From Tubulanus polymorphus (taxonomy: Eukaryota > Animalia > Nemertea): DNA of 64,000 bases. The stretch covers positions 2,512,485 to 2,576,484 of the forward strand of contig NC_134027.1 in the NCBI RefSeq assembly GCF_964204645.1, given 5' to 3'. The translations under genes and the position numbers were made by a program. The notes under the pieces were generated by a model. The model was not told the origin of the DNA. It ran no database searches and worked only from the letters and a program-made list of their open reading frames with translations. Shown in pieces: positions 44,171 to 59,006 of this stretch. How positions within the stretch are numbered: the stretch's first letter is position 1; each line of letters opens with the position of its first letter.

Positions 44171-45297
44171 CATACTTATCAACAGAAACGGAAAAAACTG
44201 AACAGGATTTTTAATTTACCTCAAATTACTTTGTCACATCGACAACAATTTTCGTATAATTAATGTTCTAAATGAAAGCAACTATTGACGGCAGGTAATA
44301 TCGGTGTGTGTTTGTGTGTGATTGTCAGTAGACAGACATTCCCCAAATAACACATCAGTATTGGCAAATACAACCTGCCATTAAGGGAGACAATGATGAT
44401 GGGCACAAATACTTCCATCTTCCATCCCGCTTCAGGCATTGATATATAGTAAGTAGACTCGCAGGAGTTTCATTCCCGGGACTAATGGTCACTCACGGGC
44501 ACACCTCAATAAAACACTGTAATCCCCTTTAAGAATAACACTAAAAAGCGTCGCAATCTTTCATCTTCAGCTATCAGTGGTATTATCAAAAGGCCAAAAA
44601 CTTGTCGGAAAATCATAAACATGTTGCCCAATGTTTCATGCACGTATAATAAGATACATGTGACAACTGAAGATGTCGAACAGCCACAAAACACAAAACG
44701 AGTATCGTGACTAAGCTGCATCATGGCTAAGCTCAAACATATCATATACATATACTGTTTGTAGCATTTGATATTCATCTACTCAAATCCAGACCAAAAT
44801 ATCTAAACTTTCATGGCTACTAAATGAAGCTATATGTTCACTAAGGCAGAAATGAAAGTTTATGAAAATAAATACAAGGTATTCGTTACAAAAACCACAA
44901 GGAAAAATTATTCAGATCATATTTTCAAAAATTCTGAAGCTTTTACAACAACTGAAATTTCAAGCTATGAAAAAATAATTAATAATTTCCATAACTTTTC
45001 CAGGATTGTACGAATCCTAACATATTCATCATAGCTGTGAGACCCTGACTGGAAGTGAATCAATCAAAATATCTAGTTTTCATCTCAAAGGTGAACACAG
45101 AGTTCAGGTAGAGAGCGAGTTGTGTGAGTGATTAATTTAGAATCTGTCACAGTGAATCCTATAACCATTCATTATACATTGAAAAAATACATGATTTAAT
45201 CTAACAATGGTTTAATCAATGGCTTCTGATATATGCACAAATGTGCTGATTTATTGAACAGTGATGAGCCGCGATCGCGAGTAGATGATTTGGAACG

Positions 45298-45480
45298 GGT
45301 CAAACTGGGCCAGTCAGACCCGAGCCAAATTTTGCCAGTGCCTAATTTGAAGGCGCTTTCACACATAAATCACTCACTAGTTACTAAAACGTTATCAAAA
45401 TGTTCCTGTTGCAAGTGAAGTCACTTCCTGAACCAAGTTAACATTCACAAGCAATAATTTGACTAGGCTAAAATTTGTTA
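45298..45480 (+). repeat. Dispersed repeat, copy 1 (related copy at 48118-48300)
   Basis: Shares ggtcaaactgg..cactcact.gttactaaaa..tatcaaaatg..caagtgaag..cactt..gaaccaa..cattcaca.gcaat with 48118-48300. Confidence 0.65.
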
Positions 45481-48117
45481 AACAGACCTGGTCGAACAGT
45501 TGGTCAGGTAGGGCCCTGGTTGGTACTAGTATGAATGGTGGGAACACTCGTATGATTACAGCTATGTTCTAATGTTCACAGGACACAGGAAAAAGATAGG
45601 TGAAAGTTAACTCAGAAACAACTCAAGTTCTACGATTTATCGACTTAACCCACCGACCTCTGACAAGAGATATAAACAAGAGGAAAAACATGAATTTGAT
45701 ATCATGCAACTAGAAATAACAACCTATAAATATTAGTCCATTTCCTTATTGTTTTACAATATAATCGCGTGACGACATGTTGCAGTATGGCTCGTGGCGA
45801 AAATAAATTGCTTTATAAAAAACCAATTTAGCCAATAACACACTTTGTCCAATCACTAACAGAAAATTGAGTTATGTCACCGCATGACGGGAGTCTTACT
45901 ATAACATGTTACACGCACAGTTCCTGCTCAGCCTGAAAATATCTAGAAAAATACTTCAAAGTAAACATCTTCCCGAGGGGCGAAGCTAATTTCATTTTTT
46001 TCTGACTAACTGCTATACTTTTTTTTTCGGAACTTCAAGTTTCGTAACATGTTCGGATTTAACGACGTTAGAAGATATTTAATCATGTTTAAGAGTAGTC
46101 AGAAGAAATTAATATTTCATCCATCAATTTCACAACGCCTTAAATCAAAATATACATAAGAACCGGACTCTGGTGGTTATCCTTATGGATTTAGAGAAAT
46201 ACATGTTTCTTCGACACCAGAGACTGCGACGATGAGAATTCATTCCGAGCTGTGTTCACTCTTCCTTCAGCCATCTCAATGATTCTAATAGAATAATCGA
46301 ATTATCTTCCGAGCTCAAAATCTAATTTTCTCTAATGAATCACTGGTATTCGTCTTTAAAAATTACGAATATAATATCACAAATCTCTAAACGCATCCGT
46401 GAATCAATTCTAACCTACGGAAAACATGTACTGCACGTATTTGCCTTCTGATGCCATCGAATGTCGTAGATTTATAGTCGTAATAATAAATGGAAATTAG
46501 TAACAAGAGGGATAATGATACAAGGTCAGCATCTAGGCAACTTAATTAATGCTGTGACTTGATGCTAATTAATGTATTAAGCAATAAGAAATTGTGTCTA
46601 CAGCACCTCGTTCAATACATGCCTTCAAATATTTGCTGAACGTCACACTACGTTCTTTAGAACGATCTAAATTCGGCCCGTTAAAATTCAGTATGGACCA
46701 AGTGTTCGCACTAGGAAAAAGTCCTTTCTAAATTGGTCAGCCTTCAAGACTGATCTAGGCCCATTCCAAATTTTGGCCCGTTGCAGGTGCGTACCTATTT
46801 GGAAAGGTTTAACTGCGTGAATGAGGCATTCATCTCTACACATCGCTGTTAATTTCAATCGTAAATAGAAAAATGTTTTCAGACTATCGAACGTAATCCC
46901 TCTTTTCTTTGACTAGGCTTAGGCTTAAAATCATTTCGCGCAGTCATAAAGATTGTTAATCTTAGCGATGTCTTAGTTGAAATGTTCGTTGTATCGATGT
47001 GAATCAAGCAGCTCCTCTTCGGCGGTTAATCCTCTCTAACGCATTCATTTGCTCATCCATCTATATCTATTACAAATTAAAAGTTTTCTGATCTCGTCTC
47101 GACTGAAACAGTTGACTAGACGCCGACCGTCATTTCCAGGCATGTAACGAGTCATAAGTTAATTGCGTATAATTACTATGAATGTATGTATGTATAAAAG
47201 AGACTGATTGGTCTCGCTTCAATGAACAGCTGGAGACAATTTTACCTGGAACAGACCTCAGTCAAATTTGGCCCACGCTTAATAAGAGGAGCTCATTCAC
47301 ATGAAAATCATTCACTCATTACTATCAAAATGCTATAGACGGACATTTTTGTGTTGATTGACATCAGGAGTAACGAACTAATTTCAAAATCATTCTCATA
47401 GGCTTCCATTAGCGAATACAAGGCAGTAAAAGAAGTCAGACCCAGGAAGACCTCCCTGGTTGGACATATCCAAGTAATTACAACTATGCGATGAGCAGTC
47501 CAGGCAGGTGGATAAATTAACACAAATTATGATCCCTAGACGCAGGCTTATTAACCTATGGTTCCTTAGTGTTTGAAGCAGTCACTCGAATAAATTCAAA
47601 TCCTCATTTCACAAATATCGTTTCTTCAAACTAAAAGCTAGATGTATGAATATTGATGTAAGAACCTAGATGAGCTGAGTAGGTATAGATCAGGGGAATG
47701 TACGGGATATGAGAACGTGCAGTGAATTGTGAGCAGAAATAAGCAATCAACGCGAATACACTATAATCATCCACCACAAATGGAAAATTACAAAAAGTTG
47801 CCGGGATAAATCGTATGACACTGTTTTTGTCAAGCACTGAGCCTTAACAGTGTTGATTTATATACGGTCGGTTGCTGCTGCTGATGAATCTAAGATGATA
47901 ATCCTCTCATCAGTCTAAAAACATTGCCACACAAATAAGTGCTTTATCTTTTTCAGATATAGGATTAATACCAGTCAGTCGTTAGCGAATGACTTTTCTT
48001 CCGTACAATCTTACAATCTTACAATACGACGACCTTTTTAAAGCCTAAATCATGTCATCGATTTCCATGGCCGAAGATATAACAGGGTTCTCTATAGCAG
48101 TGGTCGCACGGAGCTCA

Positions 48118-48300
48118 GGTCAAACTGGCCTGGACCAGAACTGAATCAAATTCAGCCCGTGCTTAAGTAGAGAACGCATTCGCACGCAAACCACTCACTC
48201 GTTACTAAAATTCTATCAAAATGATGCTGTGACAAGTGAAGTGAGTCACTTTCAGAACCAATTAGCATTCACACGCAATTATTTGACTTGAACCACAATT
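48118..48300 (+). repeat. Dispersed repeat, copy 2
   Basis: Collinear similarity to 45298-45480. Confidence 0.65.
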
Positions 48301-49476
48301 TGGTATGGGACTGGTGCGATATTTTTGGTCGGAACAAATTTGCCCCTTGTGAAAAAGGTATGGAACCATCTGACACCGAATATGAAAATTGCTCGGTGTG
48401 ATCACGGCTTATAAACGATGACTGAAGGATTGTGATGGTTTTTGAATACTATCGTCTTAAGAAGAGATGAAGAAATCTCAGTTGTAGTAAATTCTGATTT
48501 AACAATGACTTCATGACGCACGAATCCTATAAATATCAATGTTATACGTGATAAAGATACAGATGAATGATGAACGGTAAAAGGATGACCTGAGCTATCG
48601 CGTTATACTTATTCATACCTCTCCGTTTACGCGTGAAAATTATTTGTTTGAGGATAAGAAACTTTATTTTCAAAAGCGAAAACTATTGAAATAAGAAGAT
48701 TAGTTCAAGAGTTCCTACATTAACGTAGGTTTTAATTAAAGGACAGCTGTTATTTCCTTCTATATCATTAATGCCTCAATGATGAGTTTCTAGTTCAATG
48801 AATAATGGAGAAATATATTCATATCTCATGTTATAAGCTGTAATAAATGCGATGAAACTGTAGTGATAGCAGCAGGTTGCATATTGATGAACCCAACAAT
48901 TTGTACATGGCTCAAATTTTTCAGAATGAAATACCAGGATTTTTCACACTTTCTTACATAATATACTTTTTCTAGATTTTTCATATTTTTCACTTCAAGG
49001 TAGAGGAACATAAGCAGTTTCTGATCCCAACCTGAACTCATCGAATTAGAATTTCTCAAAACTTTAACACAGCTTGTAAATAAACTCTGAGCTTTGTGGT
49101 TTTACGGCTTAAAAAGGGCAACTCGAAAGACAACTCATTTTGAATTGTCCACACATTCTCGATGGTTTTTCACAGATTTCTCTAATTTTTCACATCAATC
49201 TGACCGCCTTTATAGTAGAATATGATATTCAGTATCTAGTAATCGGAGCTGCAATAAAAGTGAATTCATACGATGAATGAAAGAATCATTTAGAAGATAG
49301 CGTTGACAGTGAAACTGTCAGTTGTTGTGATTTATTATTAGGCAATGAGATCAGATGTCAATGGTATCAGTAAACAAATATGGCTACTACTCAGTGTAAT
49401 CAGTCAACTACAGTTTTCTTGACGTCGTAAAAACCATTACAATAATGTTTATATACATTGATATGTGTTATAAAGG

Positions 49477-49654
49477 GGTTCTGTGTGAGTCGATGTGCAC
49501 TACGTCATCAATATTGGCGTTTCAAAATAACAATTACAATTGTGAATTTTTTCATTTACTTTGAAAATGCTACTATGCATTATTTAAGTGGTTCTGTGTG
49601 AGTCGATGTGCACTACGTCATCAATATTGGCCTTTCAAAATAACAATTACAATT
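49477..49654. repeat. Local direct duplication of ~65 bp
   Basis: ggttctgtgtgagtcgatgtgcactacgtcatcaatattggc(g/c)tttcaaaataacaattacaatt at 49477 and 49590. Confidence 0.9.
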
Positions 49655-52600
49655 ATAAATTTTTGCATCAAATATATTTCATAATCCTTATCTTATTTTT
49701 GATAAATTCTATTCATTATTTTCTGAGAGGATCAATATATCAATATATACATCATCAATATATCAGGGTAAGACTGGTTGCCGGTCTTCTATTCAATTCA
49801 ATTATTGATTTAATCCAAAATAACTTCATCGATCCTTAATCTATATCACATTATTCATTGTCCACAACATCAAGCGATATATCTGCTATTTTTCAAGGCG
49901 TTAATAAACTTTTAAGTTAGTTTTCTTGTATAAATTTTGCGAATGAAAAAGTATCATACTTTTTTTTTAAAGATTAAAGATTATTGAGACATAGTACATG
50001 CAGTTCATGGGAATGGCCATTCATAGCACATCGAATTCAATAATCTGCCTGAATCTAGTCATCATAAAATCAATGGATTTAAATTATCACGCTAATGGAA
50101 CATTTAAAACGTGACTAGCATTACGACTGACTGAGTTCTAATGAATAGCTGTGAATGAAGCTGGTAACAGTGTAATTGTCTTACAAACACCCATCCCTTA
50201 TACCGCAGTCTTATTAGCAGAAATAAAGACTTGTAACCGGTAGAAAACTATTCATCAGAAAATGATCTATTTCCTGACCACCTAGGCAGAATAATCAACT
50301 ATCAAATGATCATTAAATGTTGTCTTAAGTTGCCTCAAATTGTCTTGTTGTTTCGTTAAAAATAGCTAAAACCATGTTTCTAACATCGCTGGTTTAGTTT
50401 ACCATATAGAATTCTCTCTTTGAGAGAAAAACATTTTCATTTCATGATACATTCATAAAGCCGAACGTATAATTAAGCAGAAGAATTTTTAAGCTTTGAT
50501 GAAAGAAAGTGAAATTTATAGCTTTGTACTAACGTCACACGGCACAGCCAGCTGATTGGATACTAGCATCCCCCTGTAGTCAGATAGCAGTACTAACTAC
50601 AACCAACCAGCTCGCTCTAACTGTTCACAGAATGTGAAAGTTACTGGTCTGAATAACCAGCAAAACTCCTGCAAACAGTTTAATGAGACAGGATTTAAAA
50701 ATGTAGAAGACAATTTGCGAAATTAGATGGAAATTGTGATATAACTAACTAAAGGTAAGATAAATTTGTCATTGTGTAATGATGGATTAAGTCGCTTATC
50801 GATAAAACCACGTCTAATAGTTGGAAGTCACGAGCTTAAGTTGTCAAATAAAAAAGAATCAGAGCCAAAATATTGCATTCACCAATTCATCGCGACGAGA
50901 TCAATTTACGTAGTAAAATAATATTGATAAAATGGCTTATTACCGTTTAGGATATTGTTGAAAAGCCTTAAAAATCCGATGTATTTGTGCAGCGAAAAAG
51001 ACTCGCAGTATGCGAAATATAAGTGTTTATTTTAGAGTATCTGTTTACAAACGAGGGAACGTATTTAAAATGCAATTATCTCGCTATTAGTGCGGATTGC
51101 GTGCAGTATTAATCACTCTCTAAATCAAACAATTCAATCTACATCAAAATCGTGAAGGAGATAAAACTAATGAAATTCATGCGTATTCCGACGGTAACAA
51201 ACGACACAAAAGCAAAGATAAAATTGCTTTCAAAACGCGACAGTAATATCAATTCTATCTTTCGAAATGATGAAACATTTTTGCTTTTATCATCATGCCA
51301 GAATAGCTCGACATTTCATCGGACTCATCATCCACAGGATAATTACTGTGAAGATATCACTGGAAAAATACCACAAACGCGACTTCAATTGTGTCCTCGA
51401 TTATCGCGTTATATTTGTTAAAAACCTAAAACAAATACGAAGATTAGATTCGGCATCTGACGAGTGACTCATTTTAAACTGGCAAATATTTTCAAAATGA
51501 TAATACCGTTTGATTTTGATAAGGGAGGCAAATACGTTTATTTTGACGGAAAACATTTTCGGTTTTTTCCCGAACAACAACGCGTTTCTTGTTACATACA
51601 GCCAGAAGTCACCAGTTTCATGATAACACATCGAGCCTTACAATTATTACGAATTTATGCCGTTGCTTTCAACTTCAAACTACTGACTTTTATGACGTTG
51701 ATATTTCAAGACTTTCATCGCAGGTACATAATTATTCGCGTTAATGAGTAAACCTTTGTAGAAATGAACACTCATTAAGCCACTCTCGAGAGAAACATAA
51801 TATCAAGCCTTCAGTCAGACGTACAGTGGCATCATTTTTTACAAACCAGATAAAAAACACTTCTCTCCACATGAAAGGAAACGTTTATAAGAATATTTGG
51901 CTAAATTAGTGGATGTCACGACGAGGTGGTGGCTTTTTCATTCGGTCATACTCGCGTAATTATATAAATGGATCTGTGACAACTTTTTGGAAAGGATCCA
52001 ATCTAAAGACCGTCGAGTCAGTCGGTTGATTAGTCGACTGCCTCCAGTCAGTGACTGAATATCACGACTATCGTTCCAACGATGAAAACACCAACTATGA
52101 GATGTTGTAGCCGCGCATCTTTGCAAATTGTCACAACTTTGACTGCGACGACGACGGAGCTGGTTTCTAGTGTCTGGTGTATGTGTTCAGTCACTACTGC
52201 GGCGAAGATGACACAAAACACAGCCAGAAAATATGTGACGAGGAAAAATATTCACAGTGGCTTCTCGAATGCCGTCAATTATACTGACTCGAAAATAACC
52301 AGCACAATTTGGCAGAAGTGCGCAATAAATGATCTGAAATCACAAATAATTGTTATTGCCATATTTCATCATCCTAAAAGTTTACACTACTAGAGATTGT
52401 GGAAACAAAACTCCTTTATTTCTGCAAACCGCTGTAGTTTGAAATCCTCTGTTCCCTCTCTGCAATAGACAATGGTAAACAAAGTATCGAAAAACGGTGA
52501 CGCTCGATTGAGCTCGGAATTGATCGATTTCGAGACAGCGGGATAATTTATTGAAATCGATATCGTCCTATATGTCTGGTGTCTCTTATTGACATATATC

Positions 52601-55600
52601 TACCCATAAACTACGCAATAAGAACCACCACGCTCGGTCAAGTATGAAAGTGAGCAGTTTCTAGAAATGATAATAGATAGGACAGGAAGAAGAATTCTAC
52701 CCGGTACGTGCTCTCCTGGTGCTCTAATTCTGAACTAATACTAGATATCAAAGTAAAGCTAGAAACTACTGTCAAGACGCGATAGTCATTATCTTCTCTG
52801 CTAGTGATTGCCTTTACTTAGGTATGATAGGAATTATCGGGTAGTCCATTGAGATGTTGTTTGAGGATGAAATGATAAATCACTTCAAAAACGAACTAAT
52901 CGCAAAGTCGGCTAATTTCAGTTGTAACAGCACTAGAGAGAAACCTGTAAATAGTGTAGTATTTTGTATCATCAATCACCGTTACATAACAGATACAATC
53001 ACAAACATCAGACAAAAACAATTTGAACAATGTTCAACATGAAGTTAACGCCTTAGAGATTGAACGGATGTACACGAGCAGTTTATGAAACCTTCTAATG
53101 TATCCTGTTCTACTGAGGATCAGAAATTGTCCACACCTACATTGAAATACAAGGAAAAATTAATCGAAATGATACCAGGACTCTAAGAGTGCCAGTGTAA
53201 CAAGACTGCAGTTGACGGCATTCAGATCTCAATGGTCACTGGTAAGCTGCTACATATATCGACGAATTAATTTAATTTGATTTGATTTAATTGAAGACAG
53301 CCTGTGTCTAGCCCGAATTTTGATGATACATAATGCGCACATCCACTCATTAATCAAACTACACAAATGTTATTGTTATATTCAAAGGCCAATTTTGACG
53401 ATGTAGCGCATATCGACTATACCCCTTAAGTGACGAATAGTAGTTATCAATATTTTTAATGGTCTTTTGGCGTCAAAGATCTAGACGAATTTTTTTCCTG
53501 AACAAGTAATCAACGAAGGCTCCTGAAGGCCAGTGTAACAATAAGTTAGAGGAATGAATGATAAGTGTACTGCATCCTTCCTGATTCAGAACTCATTTTG
53601 AATTTACTTATCAATCTACTTATCAATCTATCTAATCAGAATTTAACAAAAACTACTTCATGTGTGTGATGCGGCTGATAAAATTATAATCTAAGGTTAT
53701 TCACATCTCAAAGGAATTAAACTTCTCCATCTCAGAGGGAAAAAGTTCCGCAAAATTAACCGCGCAACATTCTCAATAGAGATCACACAGCACTATAGAA
53801 TGTGAAGATATTTCCCTTCGGATTTGGTATTAGAAGCATTCGAAACAAACAATGAACTCCAGTACAAAACATGCATTCAACTAATTAATCAAATGTACAT
53901 TCATGTTTTTAAAACTTGAATATTTCCGAGTTCAGACGTTTTTTAAACCAATTCCAAAGTATCGTATACAGACATAAATTGGATTGGACTTTTTGACAGG
54001 GACCAAATTTGGTACGACTTACGATGTCAGATGCCAAATTTGACTCGTATCTGATCCTGGCCAGTTTGACCCGGGGCAAATCTTTGTCGCGACAAATGTC
54101 ACTGTTTTTTCAAAAATTCAATTCGTTTGGAAACTTTGTACAAAGTACATTATACAAAGAAATGTATTTCGAAAAAAACCTAACATCTACAAAATATGTA
54201 ACGATGAGTTTTGAATTGTGAGTTTCACGTCGATGTAGCTGAAACATATGAGTGATTATCATGAAATGACCAGGTACGGGTTTAAGCTGCTACGATGAGC
54301 CGTATATTTGATTTGGCGCCGACATTGATCGATGTAATATAAAACTAGGTGTTAGTGAGACTGGAGACATTGATGAAGATGAAGACAACATCCGTTTGAA
54401 TTAATAGAGGATTTCGGCAAACAGATTATTGTTTGATGATTTTAGTTTGCGCCGAGCGCGCTCGTGTCTCTGGTCTGTATAGCATAAAAAACAACGATAA
54501 GAACTGGTAAAAAATATAAGTTGCACGCAGGAACTCCTGACACTAAGCTGCTGCTCACGAATGCAGATTTTTCACGATAGGAAATTGTCTTAACAACCAG
54601 CAAGCCGGTGATGTAAATGTTTAAACGAAAAGTCAGGATATTAGGCGCACTCAAATTTCTGAGAAAACACTGGTTTTCGTGATCTGAATTAAATGTGAGC
54701 CATCAGGAAAATCATACACTTTAACACAAAATCCATACAGATATTATGAAGAGTCCATCTAAACGTTTAACCGCTGCTTCATCGCAAAACTCACTACGTT
54801 AAAGAATTGAGAATGATACATCGTACCACGAAGCATGTGAAAATTGATACGAAGCGAAAAGTGGTCGCCGTTTCTCTCCAAGAAATCACCTCAACTATAA
54901 TAAAAGTTATGCACCAAAATGCTATTCACATCTAGACCGTTGTCACAGATGTCGATACTTTTTGCGTGATTTATATGCGAGAATGAGTACATTTCTATTG
55001 ATATTCGCTAAGAAATACTCAATACACCATCATCAAACTGGCGTTATCATCTAAATAATAAAACAGAGACCACTTGTACTGTGCACTCATAGACACTAAT
55101 CAAATACTGGTATAAATGTCCTCAGTGATACGTCCACTGGCTACTGTCGTAACTAATGCAATAAACTTAAAATATCAACTTGTATGTGGTTAGTTCGGAA
55201 CGACCGCACGACTCGTTGAGACTCGTAATGGTGAAATGACATGTTGGGAGGATTAGTAAAAATCTCTCCGAACAAACTTGTGTTTATAATTCCAGGGATT
55301 ATTTGACAAGTTGTGACCATCTTTTAACGTCATACGCGGTCACTCAACAACCATGAATCTATTGACAGATCACTTTATATTCTGTAGAAAACATATTGAA
55401 TAAGCAGTCAACAAACCACTCGTGGTAGCCGTCTACGGAAATGGTTTACTATGACTTCGCCGCGGCAAGTACTGAAAACGGGCATAAGACGAGGTGCGAG
55501 CGATGACTTTCACACGACGACGCAGTCGAGTTATCCGCAATATACTTGACTAAAACACATGACAAGTCGACTAGGGTACGTTATTAATGAAATACCTCAT

Positions 55601-57863
55601 ATTTATTCCATACAAACCTCGCCCTCGCAGTTCTCACTGATGTGTTCTTCACACTGAAGTAATTTATACATTGGAATTTTATGCACATCTGATTCCATGT
55701 ATTCATATTTTGCGACATCAGTTCATATTTTGGGACTGGAATTAGATTCATACATACATACACACATCGTCGTGAGTGATGCTAATAATTATGATTTGTA
55801 TTGTAAGATCCAAATACATCATCAATCAAACAATATACATCGTGTACATACATCACTGAGACACACGAGGAATATGAGAAACCAATAGAATAAACCATGG
55901 ACAGTTAACTTGATTGGGACGGTGCCGATGGAAAGAAGATCTAATCGTGTTGGTTGGCAGAACACGTCTAACTGACTACCTACACGTTCATTATACAACA
56001 TATGTGGGAAAGGAACCACTGATCAGTCATCCAATAACCATTAGCCTTGCAACTCCTGCTACTCCCAGCAATCGGCTGGATTTCTCATAGCTTACACGAT
56101 TCCATTTGAAAATCTTTCGGTTACGATCGCGCGAGCCATCACCGATTCATCACCGATTCGTCTCCGCGCGATTGCGGCTTATATTACAATTTTATTTCGG
56201 ATGAAATGAGTAAAGCCAATAGCACTTCATCTTCAGGTAATGTCGTTAGGTACATGAACACGCACACACCATTAATTCTATAACGGAACTTTTATTATCG
56301 AATTACTCGCAACTACTTCCTAGATATGGGATGACCCGTGAAATAAGGCTAGTGGACGGGCGAGGTGCGGGCGACGTAAGTTCATTAAAGCACCGCACTG
56401 GCTACCAGTCAACCCATTATCTTGGATTAGAATAGACAGTGTAATTTAAGCGTGAGGAAGCAGGGAATCGAGGAATCTAATGATGCAGTACTGTGTTTAT
56501 ACGTTGACCGTTCACTTCTCTCACATTATGAAACGCCATCTTTTCATTAAGTCGCAGTAATACGTGGTCGGAATTCTACCGACGATCAAACGGTCATTTC
56601 TAAAGATTATACTCTTCTCGACCCCATCAGTGAAAACCAATGGTCATAACAGTGTAACGAGGGTCTGGGGAGACAGTGCGCGCAACACAATTCATTCAAA
56701 TGCGAGAGAATCAAATTCATCTCGCGATCAGAAATTCAGTTCCCCTGATGAACGTACAACAGAATCATCAATTAAAGCCATCTTGATTGTGATGTCGCTA
56801 ATTTCTGGATCTGGTGTTGAGTCTATAAACAAATCATTTCATTAACAGTTGTATGAATTGATTCATATATTTATATTCATGTTCTGAAGTTCAAGCAATT
56901 TAAAAGTCTAGACGCAAATTACATCATGATATGGAGGATTCTCTAAGGTTTCATATATAAATGAATCAAATGAAACCAAATGGAAGCTGTGTTGTCAATT
57001 CATTAGTTTGTCCTGATATTAGGATACAATCATTTCACTGGTTACATTAATGCATGATGGAATAACATTGAAGATAGAACTGGTTGACATGATGAATATC
57101 ACAGATTAAACTGATCAAATTACATTGATTGATTTCTTCACACCGTTTCCCTTCATCAGTGCAGATAGTTATCATCATGAATAATATTCATACACATATC
57201 TGTTTTAGTAAAAAATTGTAGTTTTGGTTTGAGCAAATATAAAAGCTGATTCAATATACTTAAACAGTTCATTAAGTTCACTGTAGTACAAACATATTTA
57301 TATCATATTCAAGCACAGCGTTTATAAGTTTCAAGGTGTCACCAATTGAAGTTAGAAAAGACAACTCATTATATACTTCAACTTAAGCATTTTTTGTTGG
57401 AATTCATCATCAGCAACTTTTATTGGGAACGAATAATCCAAACACATAATCATAGTTTATTGACAACGGTAGCATTGCCTTTAGCTTAAAGGAAAACACA
57501 GGAAAACTCTAGACCACGGCAGGTGCTCATGACAGGTTTTCACCATGATATAATGTTTAATTTTAGCGAGCGCTCGGAAGTCTTCAATGATGCATAATGC
57601 ATCCATTTCAAAAAGCCGCTATATTGAATATTCAGTAGAATCTGTAAATTGTGCGCTTGTCTATTTCAGATAACCGTGAAAAGGTCAATCGTTGATTTAG
57701 AGAAGTTGGATAGAGCGAACTGAAGCGAGATGGAGGTTCCGAGAAATCTCGAAACAACCGACGATGTCAACTATCGGCGCAACACGACTTCATTCTCTAT
57801 AACTATATCGGCATAATACACAGGACGAACACGATGTGACCGTAAAATACCAAACAGATAAAC

Positions 57864-59006
57864 ATGGCGTATTCAAATTACGATTATTCGAATTCAACTG
57901 TGGAATTAAATGTTAATGTCAGTAACCACACAGAAGCATCTGTCGGCGACGCAGGATTTCATTTACCAAAGTGGTTCCCGTTGTGTAGTTTTCTCATAGA
58001 TGTTGTCATCGTCGGAGTGCTTATACTCATAGGATTCATCGGTAATACGCTTTCATTTATAGTTCTTCATAAAGACAAGAACTGGTCAACGACGCATTTT
58101 CTACTACAATGTTTGTCAATCGCCGATACTCTGTTTCTCGTCGGGTGTTTGTTGCTGCAAACATTTCATTCCATTTACCCGTACACGAAAACGTTCGAAA
58201 TCTACAACAACAACATATTTCCGCGTATGTTCAAATATCTGTGGCCGTGCGGATTAACGGTGCAAACGGCTCGTAACTGGATTACCGTAACGGTCACCGT
58301 CGATCGGTACATCGCCGTACGGTTTCCATTACGAGCGAACAGAGTGTGCACCGTCAAAAACATGCGCATCGTCATTTTCTTCGTGCTTTGTTTCGCGATA
58401 TTATTCAACGTGCCGAGATATTTCGAAACGACGTCGGTCGAGTTTCTCGACGCGGAGACTAATATCACGACCGTACAAATCAGACAAACATCGCTTCACG
58501 TTAACGATGTATATAGCACCGTTTATGGAATAGTATTATATTTTATATTCATCGCTATCGGGCCGTTGTTGATGCTCAGCGTATTAAACATCAATTTGAT
58601 GATAATCGTACGCAAGTCGAATTTGGAACGAGCGCGCATGGCGCAATGTCGTAACCAACAACAGAAAACGGACGTAAATCGAATGCTTCTGTCTGTAATA
58701 AGTGTATTCATAATCTGTGAAACCCCTGCCGTTGTCTACCAAATATTACTTATGTCTAAAGAACCGATAGCCAGCGCTATAATGCCCTTCACGAACATGC
58801 TAGTTACACTTAATTCATCCGTGAATTTCTTTATATACTGCCTCGCCGGGCAGAAGTTCCGCAAAATATTGCGTAACATCTGCTGCGGGCATCGTCGCCG
58901 TCGGCGATGGGAGAAACTTAGTAGAAACGGCGAACTGGAAAAAAACCCGTCAACCACGATCAGTCTGATGTCGACAACAAGATCGCACAGCGCAAAGGTA
59001 TGGTAA
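57864..59006 (+). CDS. Rhodopsin-class neuropeptide GPCR, FMRFamide-receptor-like, single coding exon
   Basis: Seven hydrophobic segments; GFIGN, LSIAD, WITVTVTVDRYIAVRFPL, FNVPRYFE, CETP, NSSVNFFIYC; N-terminal N-glycosylation sequons. 5'-UTR acceptor tttcag| at 57669. Confidence 0.9.
   Translation: MAYSNYDYSNSTVELNVNVSNHTEASVGDAGFHLPKWFPLCSFLIDVVIVGVLILIGFIGNTLSFIVLHKDKNWSTTHFLLQCLSIADTLFLVGCLLLQTFHSIYPYTKTFEIYNNNIFPRMFKYLWPCGLTVQTARNWITVTVTVDRYIAVRFPLRANRVCTVKNMRIVIFFVLCFAILFNVPRYFETTSVEFLDAETNITTVQIRQTSLHVNDVYSTVYGIVLYFIFIAIGPLLMLSVLNINLMIIVRKSNLERARMAQCRNQQQKTDVNRMLLSVISVFIICETPAVVYQILLMSKEPIASAIMPFTNMLVTLNSSVNFFIYCLAGQKFRKILRNICCGHRRRRRWEKLSRNGELEKNPSTTISLMSTTRSHSAKVW

Noticed and set aside
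44219-44260. Possible missing CPSF1 exon ending ...TTTGAG|GTAAAT (FE)
   Set aside because: An in-frame TAA lies immediately upstream and there is no similarity to the expected acidic segment.
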